The notes beneath the pieces were generated by a model. That model searched no databases. It was not told the origin of the DNA and was given only the letters and a program-made list of their open reading frames with translations. From Balanoglossus misakiensis (lineage: Eukaryota; Animalia; Hemichordata): a DNA stretch of 64,000 nt. The stretch spans positions 8,067,573 through 8,131,572 of the forward strand of contig CM082594.2 in assembly GCA_040954595.2 (NCBI GenBank), read 5' to 3'. Made by a program: the position numbers and the translations under genes. Positions 1 to 12,700 of the stretch are shown here, piece by piece (position 1 is the stretch's first letter; each line of letters begins with the position of its first letter).

Positions 1-1701
1 GTCATCGATTTGTGCCAACACTCTTCTGCAGTGACCACTTCAAAACCCTGGGAGAAAATTACAAAACATTCTTGAACAATTTGATAATCTTAATATCAGG
101 TTTTATAATGGTAATTTGCCAGTTTGTCTTTCCTAGACAGGTGTTCATAGTTAATATGTAAATACACATTTTACCTGGTCTCTTTGCCATGTGTGAGATA
201 TACCAGTATAATTAGAGCCCCGTAGTCCGATCTGAATGACTCGCTTACAATCCAATATTCCATCATCCACACATCTACGGAAGGGTGTTCCGTGGGCGAT
301 CTTTTCATCCAGCATAGTGTCTGTCACATCGGCATGAGCGTCAACATGGACTAGACCTACAGGACCGTGTTTTTCCTGATCAACGAAGAAATGCAAAAAA
401 TGGACTAATCCATTGAAATTTATTAAGGTTCGGTTGAAGTTGAAATCAAATATTTTTTTGTACAATTATCTGTATTTATTAGGGGAAAGTATGCTTCTCA
501 TGAAATACTCTGCCACTTTTTATGTCACTACCAAACATTTACGGTACACTACTTTGTAACAGAGATGTGTTTTCATCATTGTAGCTATGTGCGAAAATTC
601 ACAGCATGATCTGTAGCAGGGGTTTGAGAGTTATCCTGTGTAGATGAGAGATATATTAAAAAGACATCAATTTTAGTGTTTGTATCCTAATGGGTTTCTG
701 TAATTTTACGACAGCACAACATTTATGTTCAAACTTACAGCAATGGCCTTGATGACAGGATAACTCAAGGTGTGATCGCCCCCTAGAGTCAATGGTTTAC
801 AATTATACGGCATGACGTTGGCCCTGTAGTAATCCGTGATATTTTGGCATGCTTTCTTCAAATCATATAAATTGATATTGACATCGCCAATATCAGCAAC
901 TTGTAAGGATTCATATGGTGCAGCCCCTAGTGACAGAAAAAAATAAGATTAGAAAGTGTCAAAAAGTGTGGTTTAGGAGAAAACCCATGTAACAGAAACC
1001 TACAAAATAGCACCACCGTAATTTATGAATTTCATCTGTTTTTCATCAGCAGCTATTGGAACAAATAAACACTTATCTACCTGTACCACTATTATATGCA
1101 CGTACGAGAACTGATTCCGTACGAATCTGCCTTGGACCTAGCCTGGTTCCCGAACGATTAGAGACACCGATATCCAACGGAATGCCAAGAAAACAGACGT
1201 CTAATCCTGTGAGGAAAATTAACCACATAAAATATGTCAAAAAATTGAGGATTTACAACATCATTAATATGCAAGCCTGATATACATCAAACTCAGTCCT
1301 GACATGTTAAAACTTGCTAGATGTACAGTACGTGTGCTATATTTGAGTGAAAATGATTAATCCATTTCTCTATTCCACACAAACACACACAAATTAACAC
1401 ACACATATAAGCTCCCATCAATGATGATGGAGATTGCATAATAAATTACTAACACAGTACATTGCAGGCTTTTTTGCAAGGAACAATGATACTGACATCA
1501 CTTACCTTGGGCATCATTCTGTATCGGTAGTCTGAACATGGATGCAATTCCTCCAGATCGAGCCATTTCAAGGCCACTTAGAGGCTGGTTAAATTTTAGT
1601 GTTCTTGAAGATGTCACAATATTTCTTGAAAACTGGTGGGTGTGAGCACTAGCCACTCTCATTCTTGCCAAAAACACTCCCAATGATATCCTTGTTGCCA
1701 T
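1..1701 (-). CDS. AGMAT: Agmatinase / ureohydrolase (arginase family), probably mitochondrial; 3' end lies outside the window
   Basis: Exons on - strand: 1701-1506, 1206-1081, 926-739, 375-175, 47-<1, all with GT-AG boundaries and in frame. Translation includes GIPLDIGVSNRSGTRLGPRQIR, LGGDHTLSYP, VHVDAHAD and AHGTPFRR (ureohydrolase Mn-binding motifs). The N-terminus MATRISLGVFLARMRVASA is Arg-rich and acid-free, like a transit peptide. Confidence 0.93.
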
Positions 1702-1994
1702 GGTTATGTTGTTGAAAGATATCTGCATATGTCAGAAATAATGCAGAAAAGAAATCAACATCATTTTAACCCTAATACACACTGAAACTATACATACTCT
1801 TTATGTGGTTACAGCTTACATGTCAGAAATGGAATCGCTATGAGGAGATACGTGAAGGCATATTTGCCTCTCACGGACTCATGTCACCACTACCTGGGAA
1901 TACTGAAGCTACCAAGGCAATAGAAATTGTTCTGAAAATATACCAAAAGTAACTGACGTCATCCCTATATATATACATGTAATATGATGTGAAT

Positions 1995-2032
1995 AGCCCT
2001 ACCACTCCCTCGGCCTAGGGAGTGGTAGGGCT
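1995..2032. repeat. Perfect 16-bp inverted repeat with 6-nt spacer
   Basis: agccctaccactccct-cggcct-agggagtggtagggct; the two arms are exact reverse complements. Confidence 0.9.
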
Positions 2033-2183
2033 TGGACCCATAGCAACACAACACTTCCTCCTGTGGCTGCACCCTAACCCTTGGGGGGAACGTAGGACTG
2101 GAAATAGAAAAAAAATAGCTGTAGGTCTAAGCTGAATAAAATATTGCTGACATCCCCCCAGAAATCAAATGGTTCCCCCTTAC

Positions 2184-2971
2184 GTACAGAAGATCAACGA
2201 TGCGAGGAATGAAACCACTGTACCGAGGGATCTCCTCGATTGTGCACCCACGCCAATCGACCCGGAACTTAAACTGCAGACTGTCGGTTGCCACAAACAT
2301 AAACAGTATGAGGGGCTGCAGGGAGGGTCACAAGGCTGGGGATGGTTTACTCGCCTAGCCTCCGCGTTGCGTGAAAAGTCCGGGTCATATGTGGGTACCT
2401 GTCCCAAGTCTACCACTGGCTGGCGCTGTGGCAACGGACAAACTATTGTCTTTGCTAGTGCATGCAATTAATCAGCAAAGCTGTCAAAAGTGGGAACGGA
2501 GGATAAGTCAAATCATACAACTGAACGTGACGCTTGTCAACACAATTTAAAAGTTTACCCCTGCCCCTTTTATGAAGTTGTGTTGTGTGGTGATCTTACA
2601 AATGTTTTTCTTCAGATAAAAAATCTAAGCCACGTGGTCTCACACGTCTAGAAATAAACACTCTGAAAAAACGCCCATTTAATATGAGACTTTGTGCCGC
2701 GGTTCTGTCAGATGACCTTTGGCCTGACCAATCGCAACCGATCGTTATTATTGGGTCTCCACCCTACTCCGTTCTCGATTGTTCTTGTGATTTTTTTGTT
2801 ATCTTTCAAATTACGTAGTCATCAGTCTGAACTCCGAAATCTCTGATGTTGATCTCCAATCCATCGTTTTCTCTGTACCGGTGCAAATCGTCACCTCGAT
2901 CTCATCACCTCTCGCTATCATTTTACGTAACACGAATTAACATTTCAAAGAGCGAAGCAAAACTTGCAAAG
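2184..2971. promoter_or_regulatory. Putative divergent promoter / 5' UTR exon region shared by agmatinase and lectin gene 1
   Basis: The genes are head-to-head (ATGs at 1701 - and 3746 +). Candidate non-coding exon donors lie at 2183 (- strand, gtaag) and 2972 (+ strand, aag|gtaaag), with matching acceptors at 1723 and 3649. Transcription starts are not observable. Confidence 0.35.
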
Positions 2972-3745
2972 GTAAAGACAATTAAGATCGCATAATTAAC
3001 ACATTCCCTGCTTGTGCTTTGGTCCCATTATATTGTCAGCCATCATTCTGTAGGAAGTGTTAAATAACTCTATACGCACGCTCGTTTCTTTGTATGTAGA
3101 GATCAGGATCAATCTAAGATAATCAAAAGGTCACGAAAATAGGGACCGTTGGTAATGTTGAATAACTTGAACATGTCTTGACAATTGATTTTCACCAGAT
3201 AGTCACCGTGCAAGAAGATAAACCCAACCAAACTTGGATTTGTGTTCCTATTGTCATGGCCTTGTGGTCGATATACTTGGGACACTGCGAATTGAGTCCT
3301 CTTTAAATATTCTTACAACGAACTCTGCATATATATTGTAAGTGGTTTTCACGGCCATTAAAACTGGTTTTAGAAACACCACGATTCACTAGAACTTTAA
3401 CATTATATTAAAATATAAGCTAAATCATATGAAGTCTAAGGGAGTTCTTCAGCACACCATATGGATATTTAAATAAAAGAGTGCAAACGAAACTTTACCT
3501 AACAACACTATTCATCACTACTATACCAGCTTGGTCAGTACAAATACTGATCTGCTACTCCTGTTGAAAAAATGGGAGGTCCCAATACATAATCTCGATG
3601 GACGCACGAGATTACATGAGACGAAGAGATAAAGGTAAATATTCTTCAGATATAAAATCCAGTAGGCGATGTCCTCATTGTAGGAAAAACACTGAGAGAC
3701 CGCATCTGAAATCTAGGTGATAGTGTTATGTGAACAAATTTCACC

Positions 3746-6700
3746 ATGGAAAGCATTCTTAGATGTGTAGTACTTTTCGCTGTGTTGTCATCAGGTAAGA
3801 ATTTGTCATTATCATTTAAGTTTACATAAAAATGTTGCAAAACAAATGTTTGTATTATCTGATGAAACAAAGGGGCGTTGTCGACCGGCATATATTCTGC
3901 ATCTTTTAAAATGTTCATTTTTTTCAATTTTGAGAAAGAAAAATTATACTGATTAACATAACAATAGTATTGTTATTGAAATAGTCATTATAACACACGT
4001 TTGCAGGCTAAGTTCTTATATGGCGTGATCTACAAAAATGACTTCAAAACTATTTTTTTTTATTTTACTACAAATAAATCACGAACTCAGTTCGTCAGAC
4101 ATCTCAACATGTTCACTTCATCCGTAGCTATAGCAAATTCAGAAACGAATTCTCATCAATTTCCAGCGTTCTCCCAGAATTGCCCGGCCGGTTGGCGTCT
4201 CTATGGCGACAGATGCTTTCAAAGTTTTTATGAATACTACCCTGTCACGTGGTATGAAGCCCAGCAATTTTGTGAAGGCAGAGGGGGATCTCTGGCCGTC
4301 ATTGACTCAACAGATCTCAATGTAAGTGACCCCCCTCTAATATTTTATTTTCAATCTCGTTTGGAAAAATGACTCTCTCTCTCTCTCTCTCCATGACAAC
4401 GTTCAATATCTTTCGTTTTTTTTCACAGACTTTTATCTACACAAATCTGAATTTTGTGTACTACCAAAACTGGTTTGGTTTGCATGATATCGGCACTGAG
4501 GGCGTTTTTGTCTGGGTCGACGGAACCCCTTACAATGTAGGACAGGCGTGAGTATTCATTGTCGATATTAGTTTGTGCCAAATCAATTATATTCGTTACC
4601 CTCATATTACTCTCCGCAAATTCATATTTTGCTCATATCAATTATTTTGTCGCAATGTAGTTTCATCTTGGTCCACAAAACTTTTTTTGTTCTATCTAGT
4701 AACTGGGGTCCTGGAGAACCGAACGACTACGCCTCAAATGAAGACTGTGCTGAAATGACGACCTACGATGGTTATTGGAACGACAGAGATTGCAATGATA
4801 ATACCGTTTATAGTTACATTTGTCAAACAACTCAAGGTAATACTGAGTACCTTCTGAAGACAGCGGTTTTACACACAACTCAGAGAAGTAATATACTTTC
4901 ATTGATAGTTCCTCGCATTCACAGCTTGAAACAGCACGTATTAATGAATTTGTCTGTCTCTCTGCCCCTCTGTCGGCAGTTTCTACAATCAAGTGTGACG
5001 AAGACAACGGCTGGTCCTCAGTGAACGGCCAATGCTACAAATACGTCAGCGACACGAAAACCTGGAAGGACGCCCACAGTTACTGTCAGCTGATGGACGG
5101 AGAACTGGTCACCATTGACAACCAGATCGTTCAAGATTACGTTGACGGGGTATCCAGGACACGCCTGAGAAATCTGTGGATCGGAGCTTCCGATAGGGTG
5201 AGTCTCAAACGGCGCGTTGCTAGGCATGTGTAATTACAATTTACAACTGAAATAATCTTCTTCAAGTCAACGAATGTACTCACAACGTCAGTGTTGACTT
5301 TCAGGTGAGCGGCACCACAGGCTCGTTTACATGGACCGACGGTTCCACGCTCGCCTACACCAACTGGATGAGCGGTGAGCCAAAGACATCGTAAGTTGAA
5401 TCGTACACGTTTCGGGGACAGATTTTCCGAACCTACCACTTCTTTGATAAAGTAAAGTGTGTGAGGAGTCATTTTGAAAATAAAAATTAAATATTGATTT
5501 CACACAAATTAATTTTCTTGTCATGTTCTCAGATACACCAGTAACTGCGCAGAGGTTGTTTATGGCAATAATGGCGAATGGAGCACTCAGGACTGTGGGG
5601 TTAGCCAAGGGTTTATATGTGGCAAAGCTGAAGGTAGTGTATTTATTACTGTCCGAAAATACAGGACACAGTTATGACTTACGGGCCAATTTGTAATACT
5701 TTCGTTGGTGGCGAGCACTGGAAACGGACAAAATTGAACGGCAAATAGACACTTAGTTGTCTTAAAAAAACACAACCCTTAATTTCGTTATTGGTTTAGA
5801 TAATTAATCACTACGTCTTCTTTATGACGTCACATGCATATTAGGTTCGTGCCCATCTGGGTGGATGATCTATAAAGGTTCGTGTTACCAGTTCAACACC
5901 TTCTCCACTTCAACCTGGACTGACGCTAAACACACGTGTGACGCCCAAGGTGCCTATATGCTGACCGTCAACAAGTGAGTACAGTAGCATGCACATTTTA
6001 CATGGACCCCCCCCCCAAAAAAAAAAAAAAAAAAACGGGGGAACGCAAATCTTCTTGCTAAATTCCAAAAAGCAAACGGACAGTGGTCCTGTCAGCTGTA
6101 CAACTAAACGCTGTGTCTGTGTGTGTGGTTATCAAATCTGAGGTAATCACGTCTTCGAAAGTGACCCGACAGTTTTCTCATCGTACATATAATATAAGTA
6201 CACATAAGCTTGCAGATTACTGAGGTATTTAAGTAGTTCTAATCTTATCGCAAATTATATTATTTCTATTCAAAGCCAAGAGGAAAACGACTTTCTTGTC
6301 TCGCAGTTTGAAAATCTAAGAAGCGGTGGTGTACAGGACTTGTGGATCGGCCTTTCCGGTAAGACGTTGGTGGCGATTTCTTTTAGATAAGGTGAATTAC
6401 AGTATAATGACAACATAGCCTTCTTGTTAGAATATCAATTTCTCATTTTCTTGTCTTTTTCATAAGATGTCGTTAATGATGGCAACTTCCAGTGGGCTGA
6501 CGGCAGCGAAGGCCCCATCATCTACTCTAACTGGGACACGGCGGAACCAAAGGAAAATCCATTGATAGATGATTGTGGCTCCATCTATGTAGGTACGCGC
6601 TAACAAAACACTATGGATACCCCTTGCTATTTGTTGCCAAGCTTTTATCACCAACCAATGAATTCGTTGGTCAGGGATGGTTTGAGATCAATGTTACACT

Positions 6701-9700
6701 ACCTTTGATTTTTTTTACAGGAAATGACAATGGATTATGGGAAATATCCAACTGCTACCTTCTCCAGCACTTCGTCTGTGAAATTAAAGTGGGTGAGTAA
6801 TTTTCATTGACTACTGGACTCACGAAATCGTGAATCAGTAAATGGAAATTGCTAATATGAATACCACTGACGTCATTTCCCTCTTTCCAAATTTTCAGGT
6901 CAGTCCGTAGTGCCACTGGTGCCTGGTGTAGGTATGTACATTGATTAATCACTAAGTTGATGATTTCATGAACGATAGTTTTAAAAGTTCAGAACTAATT
7001 ATAAACATTGAATATTTTTATTGCCTTGGAAGAGATTGGATCATGCCTTGACGGTTGGTTTCTCCATGGGGATTCCTGCTATCTCTTTGAGACAAGCCAG
7101 GTGACCTTTAATGATGCTGAGGATGCTTGTGAACGTTATAATGGTGTGCTGACAAGTATTGAAGATTCTGACGAACAGAGTTTTCTGTCAGGTGCGTGGG
7201 TAATGAAAGTTAGAATGTCTCAGTGCCAAATCATATATTGAATCTGGTGTATATTGGTGTACGTTCTACGATGTACACGCCACCATCCCATACTATGTTT
7301 CACCATACTATGTTTCACTATACTGATAACTTCGAGGGTACGCTGTCTTACTGATTTTGACCATTTGTACTTGTTCACGCAGGTCGTATCGATAACGCCA
7401 AGGCTTTGATGTGGATCGGTCTCCACGACATGGGAACCGAAAGCTCTTGGGAGTGGGTGGATGGAACAACAGTAAGTATTGGTCAGCTAAACGTCAAATT
7501 TAAGCCAACAACTCTTTCAGCTAATAACTCGAGACGTGAAAATGGCACTTGAATTTTGAGGACTGATTACAAACAACCATAATGGTTTTGTTTGACTTGC
7601 AGTTCAGTTTTCAGAACTGGGCTCCCGGCGAACCGTCGAACTCTGGCAATGTGGAAGACTGCGTACATATGGAATACGAGCAGTCCAAGATTGGCGAGTG
7701 GAACGACAGAACGTGCACTCACTATCTGGGATTCATCTGCAAAGCACCAAAAAGTACGTACGCGTGGAATGAATGAATGAATGAATGAATGAATGAATGA
7801 ATGAATGAATGAATGAATGAATGAATGAATGAATGAATGAATGAATGAATGAACGAACGAACGAATGAATGAATGAATGTTAATAGCATCAATATAGTTG
7901 ATACAGTACATAGGATGACATTCGATCTTCCGTTGCTTTTTATTGTTATCACCAAAATGTCTTTAAAACATCCTTTCCTTTTCAGATAACGATGGCGTGA
8001 TTGTTACTCAGGCTCCCAAACCAACTCGTAAGTAACAGCATCATGATCAACCGTTGCTTCAGGGTGTATTAAACTACGAACCAAGCACATGACTCGTTAT
8101 TTGATATGAATCTCATTCTGAAAGTTTCACATTTTGAAAACTATGTTACTGCTTCTTTATACATGTATGCTGTCATATCAAACTACTATTTCCAGCTGTC
8201 CCTGATCCAAGATGTGGTACCGGATACGAGATTGACGTCACCACCAACACATGCTACAGATTTGCCGTCGACGACTTCGTGGATTGGTCGACAGCGGAGA
8301 ACACCTGTATTCAGAATGGCGGCCACTTGCTCAGTATTTCGGATCTCACAGAACAGACATTTATCAACGGTGAGTCACCGAATCGTTGAGAAGTTATCTT
8401 GTATAGTGGTAGAGACATACGCATTTAGCAAACTACTGGTTATTGAACATTATCAGTATCGTTATCGAACATTATCATTATTGAACATTATCATTATCAA
8501 CATTAGAGTTTTGACTCTCCTTGCAGCTCGCATGTATGGAATGACCACACCTGTATTCTGGATTGGTGCCAATGATAGAACAGAAGAAGGAGGATGGGAA
8601 TGGAGTGATGGCACTGCTTTTGCGTACTTGAATTGGGGTTATGGTAAGAACAGTTTTCTGTTCGGTATGACCCTCATCAATTACTGGTGTGAACTTCAAC
8701 ATGTACAAAGTATGGCAATATGCGTTAGAATGATAGAGACTGTTACAACAACAATTGATGATCTTTCATCATACAAAATATGCTGAACTCCATCACAGGC
8801 GAACCAAATGATTACAACCACGGAACAACTGGTGAAGACTGTGTTGAAATCGTTGTGAACAGCGGTCAATGGAACGACCATAGATGCGATCAGACGATTG
8901 GATATATTTGTGAAAATCATGGTACGTGTAATTACTTTGCATACCACTATGTATGTGTGCATATATCTATGTTCAACATTTTTGTGTATGTATGTGCAAA
9001 CGCACTTGTGTATGTACATACATTTTCATGTACGTATCTTCGCCCTTGAAATACGGTACAATACACCAAATCACACCTCACTATTCTAACAGGTGAAATC
9101 GTTGAAAATTACAATGTTTTCCGTGGTATGGTGTTGGATGGCTACGATACATTGCACCTGGATATGGTGACTGCGCAGGACTGTGCGCAGCGTTGTCTTC
9201 GTGAAACAACGTTCACGTGCTACTCTTTCGATTACGACAAGGTCAGCATGACCTGTGAGTTGAGTAGCTACACCAAGGATACAGCAGGGACCGCTTTAAC
9301 CAGCAATTCCAACTACGACTATTACCAAGTTGGTAAGTAGAACGAGATGACAATCACGTGCAATAACTGTTGGAGAGTTCCCGCTAACTTGCCAAAGAAC
9401 TTCTGTAAGTCTCTCCAGCTCCTTTGCATATATACTAGTACATTAAACACGTCGTTTATATTTTGAAACGTCAATGAAAAAATCCCTGTCTGATAATATT
9501 TGATACCACGAAAGATTGCACATTTTGTTGACTATGCTTTGCTCAGATCCAAGTCTTCTCTCCTCACCCGATTCTCTCTTTTGGACCACTAGTGGTTTTC
9601 AAACAACCAGACGTGACCACCACCTTGGCACCGAACTCTCGTTGTGAGTATGGATGGTATTCCTACGGCAGCAACTGCTATTTTGCGCAGTCGGTAGAAA

Positions 9701-12700
9701 TGTCGTGGCTGGACGCCCGCGACACCTGCAGGCGGGAATCCGCCGACTTGGTCTCCATCAAAGATTCAAATGAGAATCAGTTTGTTCTGTCGCTGATGCA
9801 GAAAAGTGAGTATAAAGTCAATTGGCCATATTGGTACAGCGCGGTTTGTGGTGGGGACACGCCCATTTCGCGTTGGAGATTTAGATATAGAACCACAGAC
9901 AAACACAACGATCTGTTGACTGACGTTGAAAATGATTCGGCAATGCGTTCAATAGCACGATTTGTAGGCTAGCGAATAGTACTTGATTATAAATCTGAAG
10001 CGAATAATACATGTACTTCCATTATGTTTAGTGTGCGAGGCCTTCCACACCGATTCGACGCCCGACCAGTACGTATACCGCTACGTGCCCGCACCCGTCT
10101 CAAACAACAGAGTCACCTTTGAAGTCAAAGCTTCGAGCGACGTCCACATCGCCCTCTCCGCCAATAGCAGCGACTCGAACCCTATGTACGAGATCGTCAT
10201 CGGCGGCTGGGGAAACACGCAGTCCGTCATCCGACGCTGCGCGCAGTGCAACGACGAGGTCACCGTCAGCACCGTGGACATCGTGTCGCCTTCCGAGTTC
10301 AGGGCGTTCTGGGTCACGTTTACCGATGGCACAATTGCGGTCGGCAAAGACGGGCAGGCGGCTTTCATGGAATGGACAGACCCGGATCCTTTGGTCGTGA
10401 ACTACATAGGCTACTCTACTGGGTTTGGAAGCAACGGCGAATTCATCCTCTGCACGGACACCACGGGTGAGGTAGCGCTTTGAAAGGCCAATCAGTGGAT
10501 AATTATTGGCTTCTGTGATTTTTGCTACGCGATGTTTGCTTCGCCCCATACGACTTTTCACATGACCCTTCTAACATAACTTGCTATCCTCCCTACATGC
10601 AGAAGACAGTCTTATTTGGATTGGCTTGAATGATCTACGGACCGAAATGACTTATGAATGGAGTGATATGTCAGAGGTGACCTATACAAAATGGAACAAC
10701 GGTGAACCCAATAATAACGGTGAAGAAGATTGTGCTGATATGTATGTCTCTGTAAGTATATTCCGTTTCGGCAATGTATAACATATGCTTACTGAAAAAT
10801 CCCGATACTGGTTTGGGAGGGAGGGAGGGAGAGTGGTGAAGGGGGCGGAGCTCTGAAAAGTATCATATCTTCATCGCATAATGATGATACATAGTGTATT
10901 AAATCCTTGTTATCATTACAGGGAGGTTTGGCTGGCTACTGGAATGATGACGGTTGCTCGAAGAACTTCAGGTCGGTGTGTAAGAAGCCGAAACAAGTCC
11001 TTCCCGCAACAACTCCGTCGACTGGAGATTGCGGCGCTGTAAGTATAGACAGTCCTTCGCTTTCCGTTTGTACATACCACAGAACTTCCGTTTGTCTTGG
11101 CTTCTTGCAAGAGATCAACTTTCTGTCCTGTGCTTATACTAAGTTTATCAGTGTGAACATGGTGTTCTTCCTTGTTCTTCGCAGGGCTGGTATGTCCAGT
11201 ACCACTCCTGTTATCGATTCGTGTCAACCCCTTCTGCATGGAGCACGGCAGAAGCCCAGTGCAACGCCCAGGGCGGAACTTTGGCAGCCATTAACGACAA
11301 GTGAGTCCTCGGAGTTTATTACCACAGGCTCGGGTGCGCTCGGTATCGATAAATGTCACTTTCCCATCGAGTAAAATACGTATGACCTCCACACATAAGT
11401 ATGCATTCGACATAGCAAAAGCGGTCCAAATTATTCACGTGATTTGCATAAACACAGCCGCAACGTTCTAAATCTCACATAGCCGTTGACTTTAATTTCC
11501 AGCGTTGAACAAGCCTTCATCAGCAGTAAACTGGGCAACATGGCTTCTGGAAGCTGGTATTGGATTGGTCTGGCCGACATCAGTTCACCTGGTCAGTTTA
11601 AGTGGTCTGATGGTGATCCGGTGACGTACACGAACTGGGATAACGCACAGCCAGGTATTGAAAGACTTGTGTTGCCAGATTGCGAACTGGCTCCGTTAAA
11701 TGTGCAATAAAACATAGAATAGTCTGGTTTCGGTTCCTTCCCTCAATGAAATGTGCGCTCCATTGAATCACCATGTACAATGCATCATTAAGACACTTAT
11801 AGAAACGTGTCGAAAAATTGATCTTGTGAAATCTGCCAGTACCCAATAGGCCTATAGCCTTGAGGTGGCAATTTTAACACATCATCCACGTGACGTGTGA
11901 AATGTTATATCTTATGTGCTATTATGTAATGTTATTGATTTGAAGACAACGGCGCCGGTGATTGCGTGGGAGCCAGCACTGGTGCGGTGGCCGGTCTGTG
12001 GAGTGCCGCTGATTGTGCGGCTTCTCTGCCGTATATCTGTGAGAAGATCAGACCGGGATTCACCAAGCCGCCTGTCGATGTCCCTTACCCTACAAACCCA
12101 TCAGACGAGGGTTGCGCCGAAGGTTGGCTTGGTTACGGTAGCGGCTGTTTTCTCGTGAGTCGACAAAATTGCCTCAACACATTACAGTTACATTATATAC
12201 TGTGTATTGTATTCTATGTATTCTCAATTTCTATATACTGTGTATTTACTGTATTTTATGTATTCTCTGTATACAGGCAATTTCAAAGGGCGAAAGTGAC
12301 AACCGATTACCTTGGGAGGATGCGTTGTTAGATTGCAGACAAAGGGGTGCCGATTTGGCCAGTTTCCATAGCGACGACGAACTCAGATACGTTAAGACTA
12401 ACTCGAAAGTCATGTAAGTGTTCTGAGACTGTTGAAATGACGTCAGTGAATCGAGAACTTGATTTTGGATTTTGCTAAGTAGAAATTGGCTTTCGTTCAC
12501 ACCTTAATAATGAAACCATTAGAGCTATAGTATATATTTTGATTGAGGCAGTTACTGATTTATCGTTTTATGGTCTCCTGCAGAAATTTTGTGGATGAAT
12601 TTTGGATAGGTTTGAGTGACCGTGATGAAGAAAACGGTAAGACAATTAGTATCCCATCCAAACAGCGTCTTTGTTTTTGTATCCACTGCTGACGCCGTGA

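Noticed and set aside
2169-2471. Overlapping 100-aa and 95-aa ORFs in the divergent promoter region
   Set aside because: No domain signature or supporting exon chain; more likely a GC-richer 5' UTR or promoter segment.
10032-10466. A separate farnesoic acid O-methyltransferase enzyme gene nested in an intron
   Set aside because: The segment has no start or stop of its own, has splice sites in frame with the lectin exons on both sides, shows no recognisable SAM-binding motif, and is conserved in the same place in gene 2.
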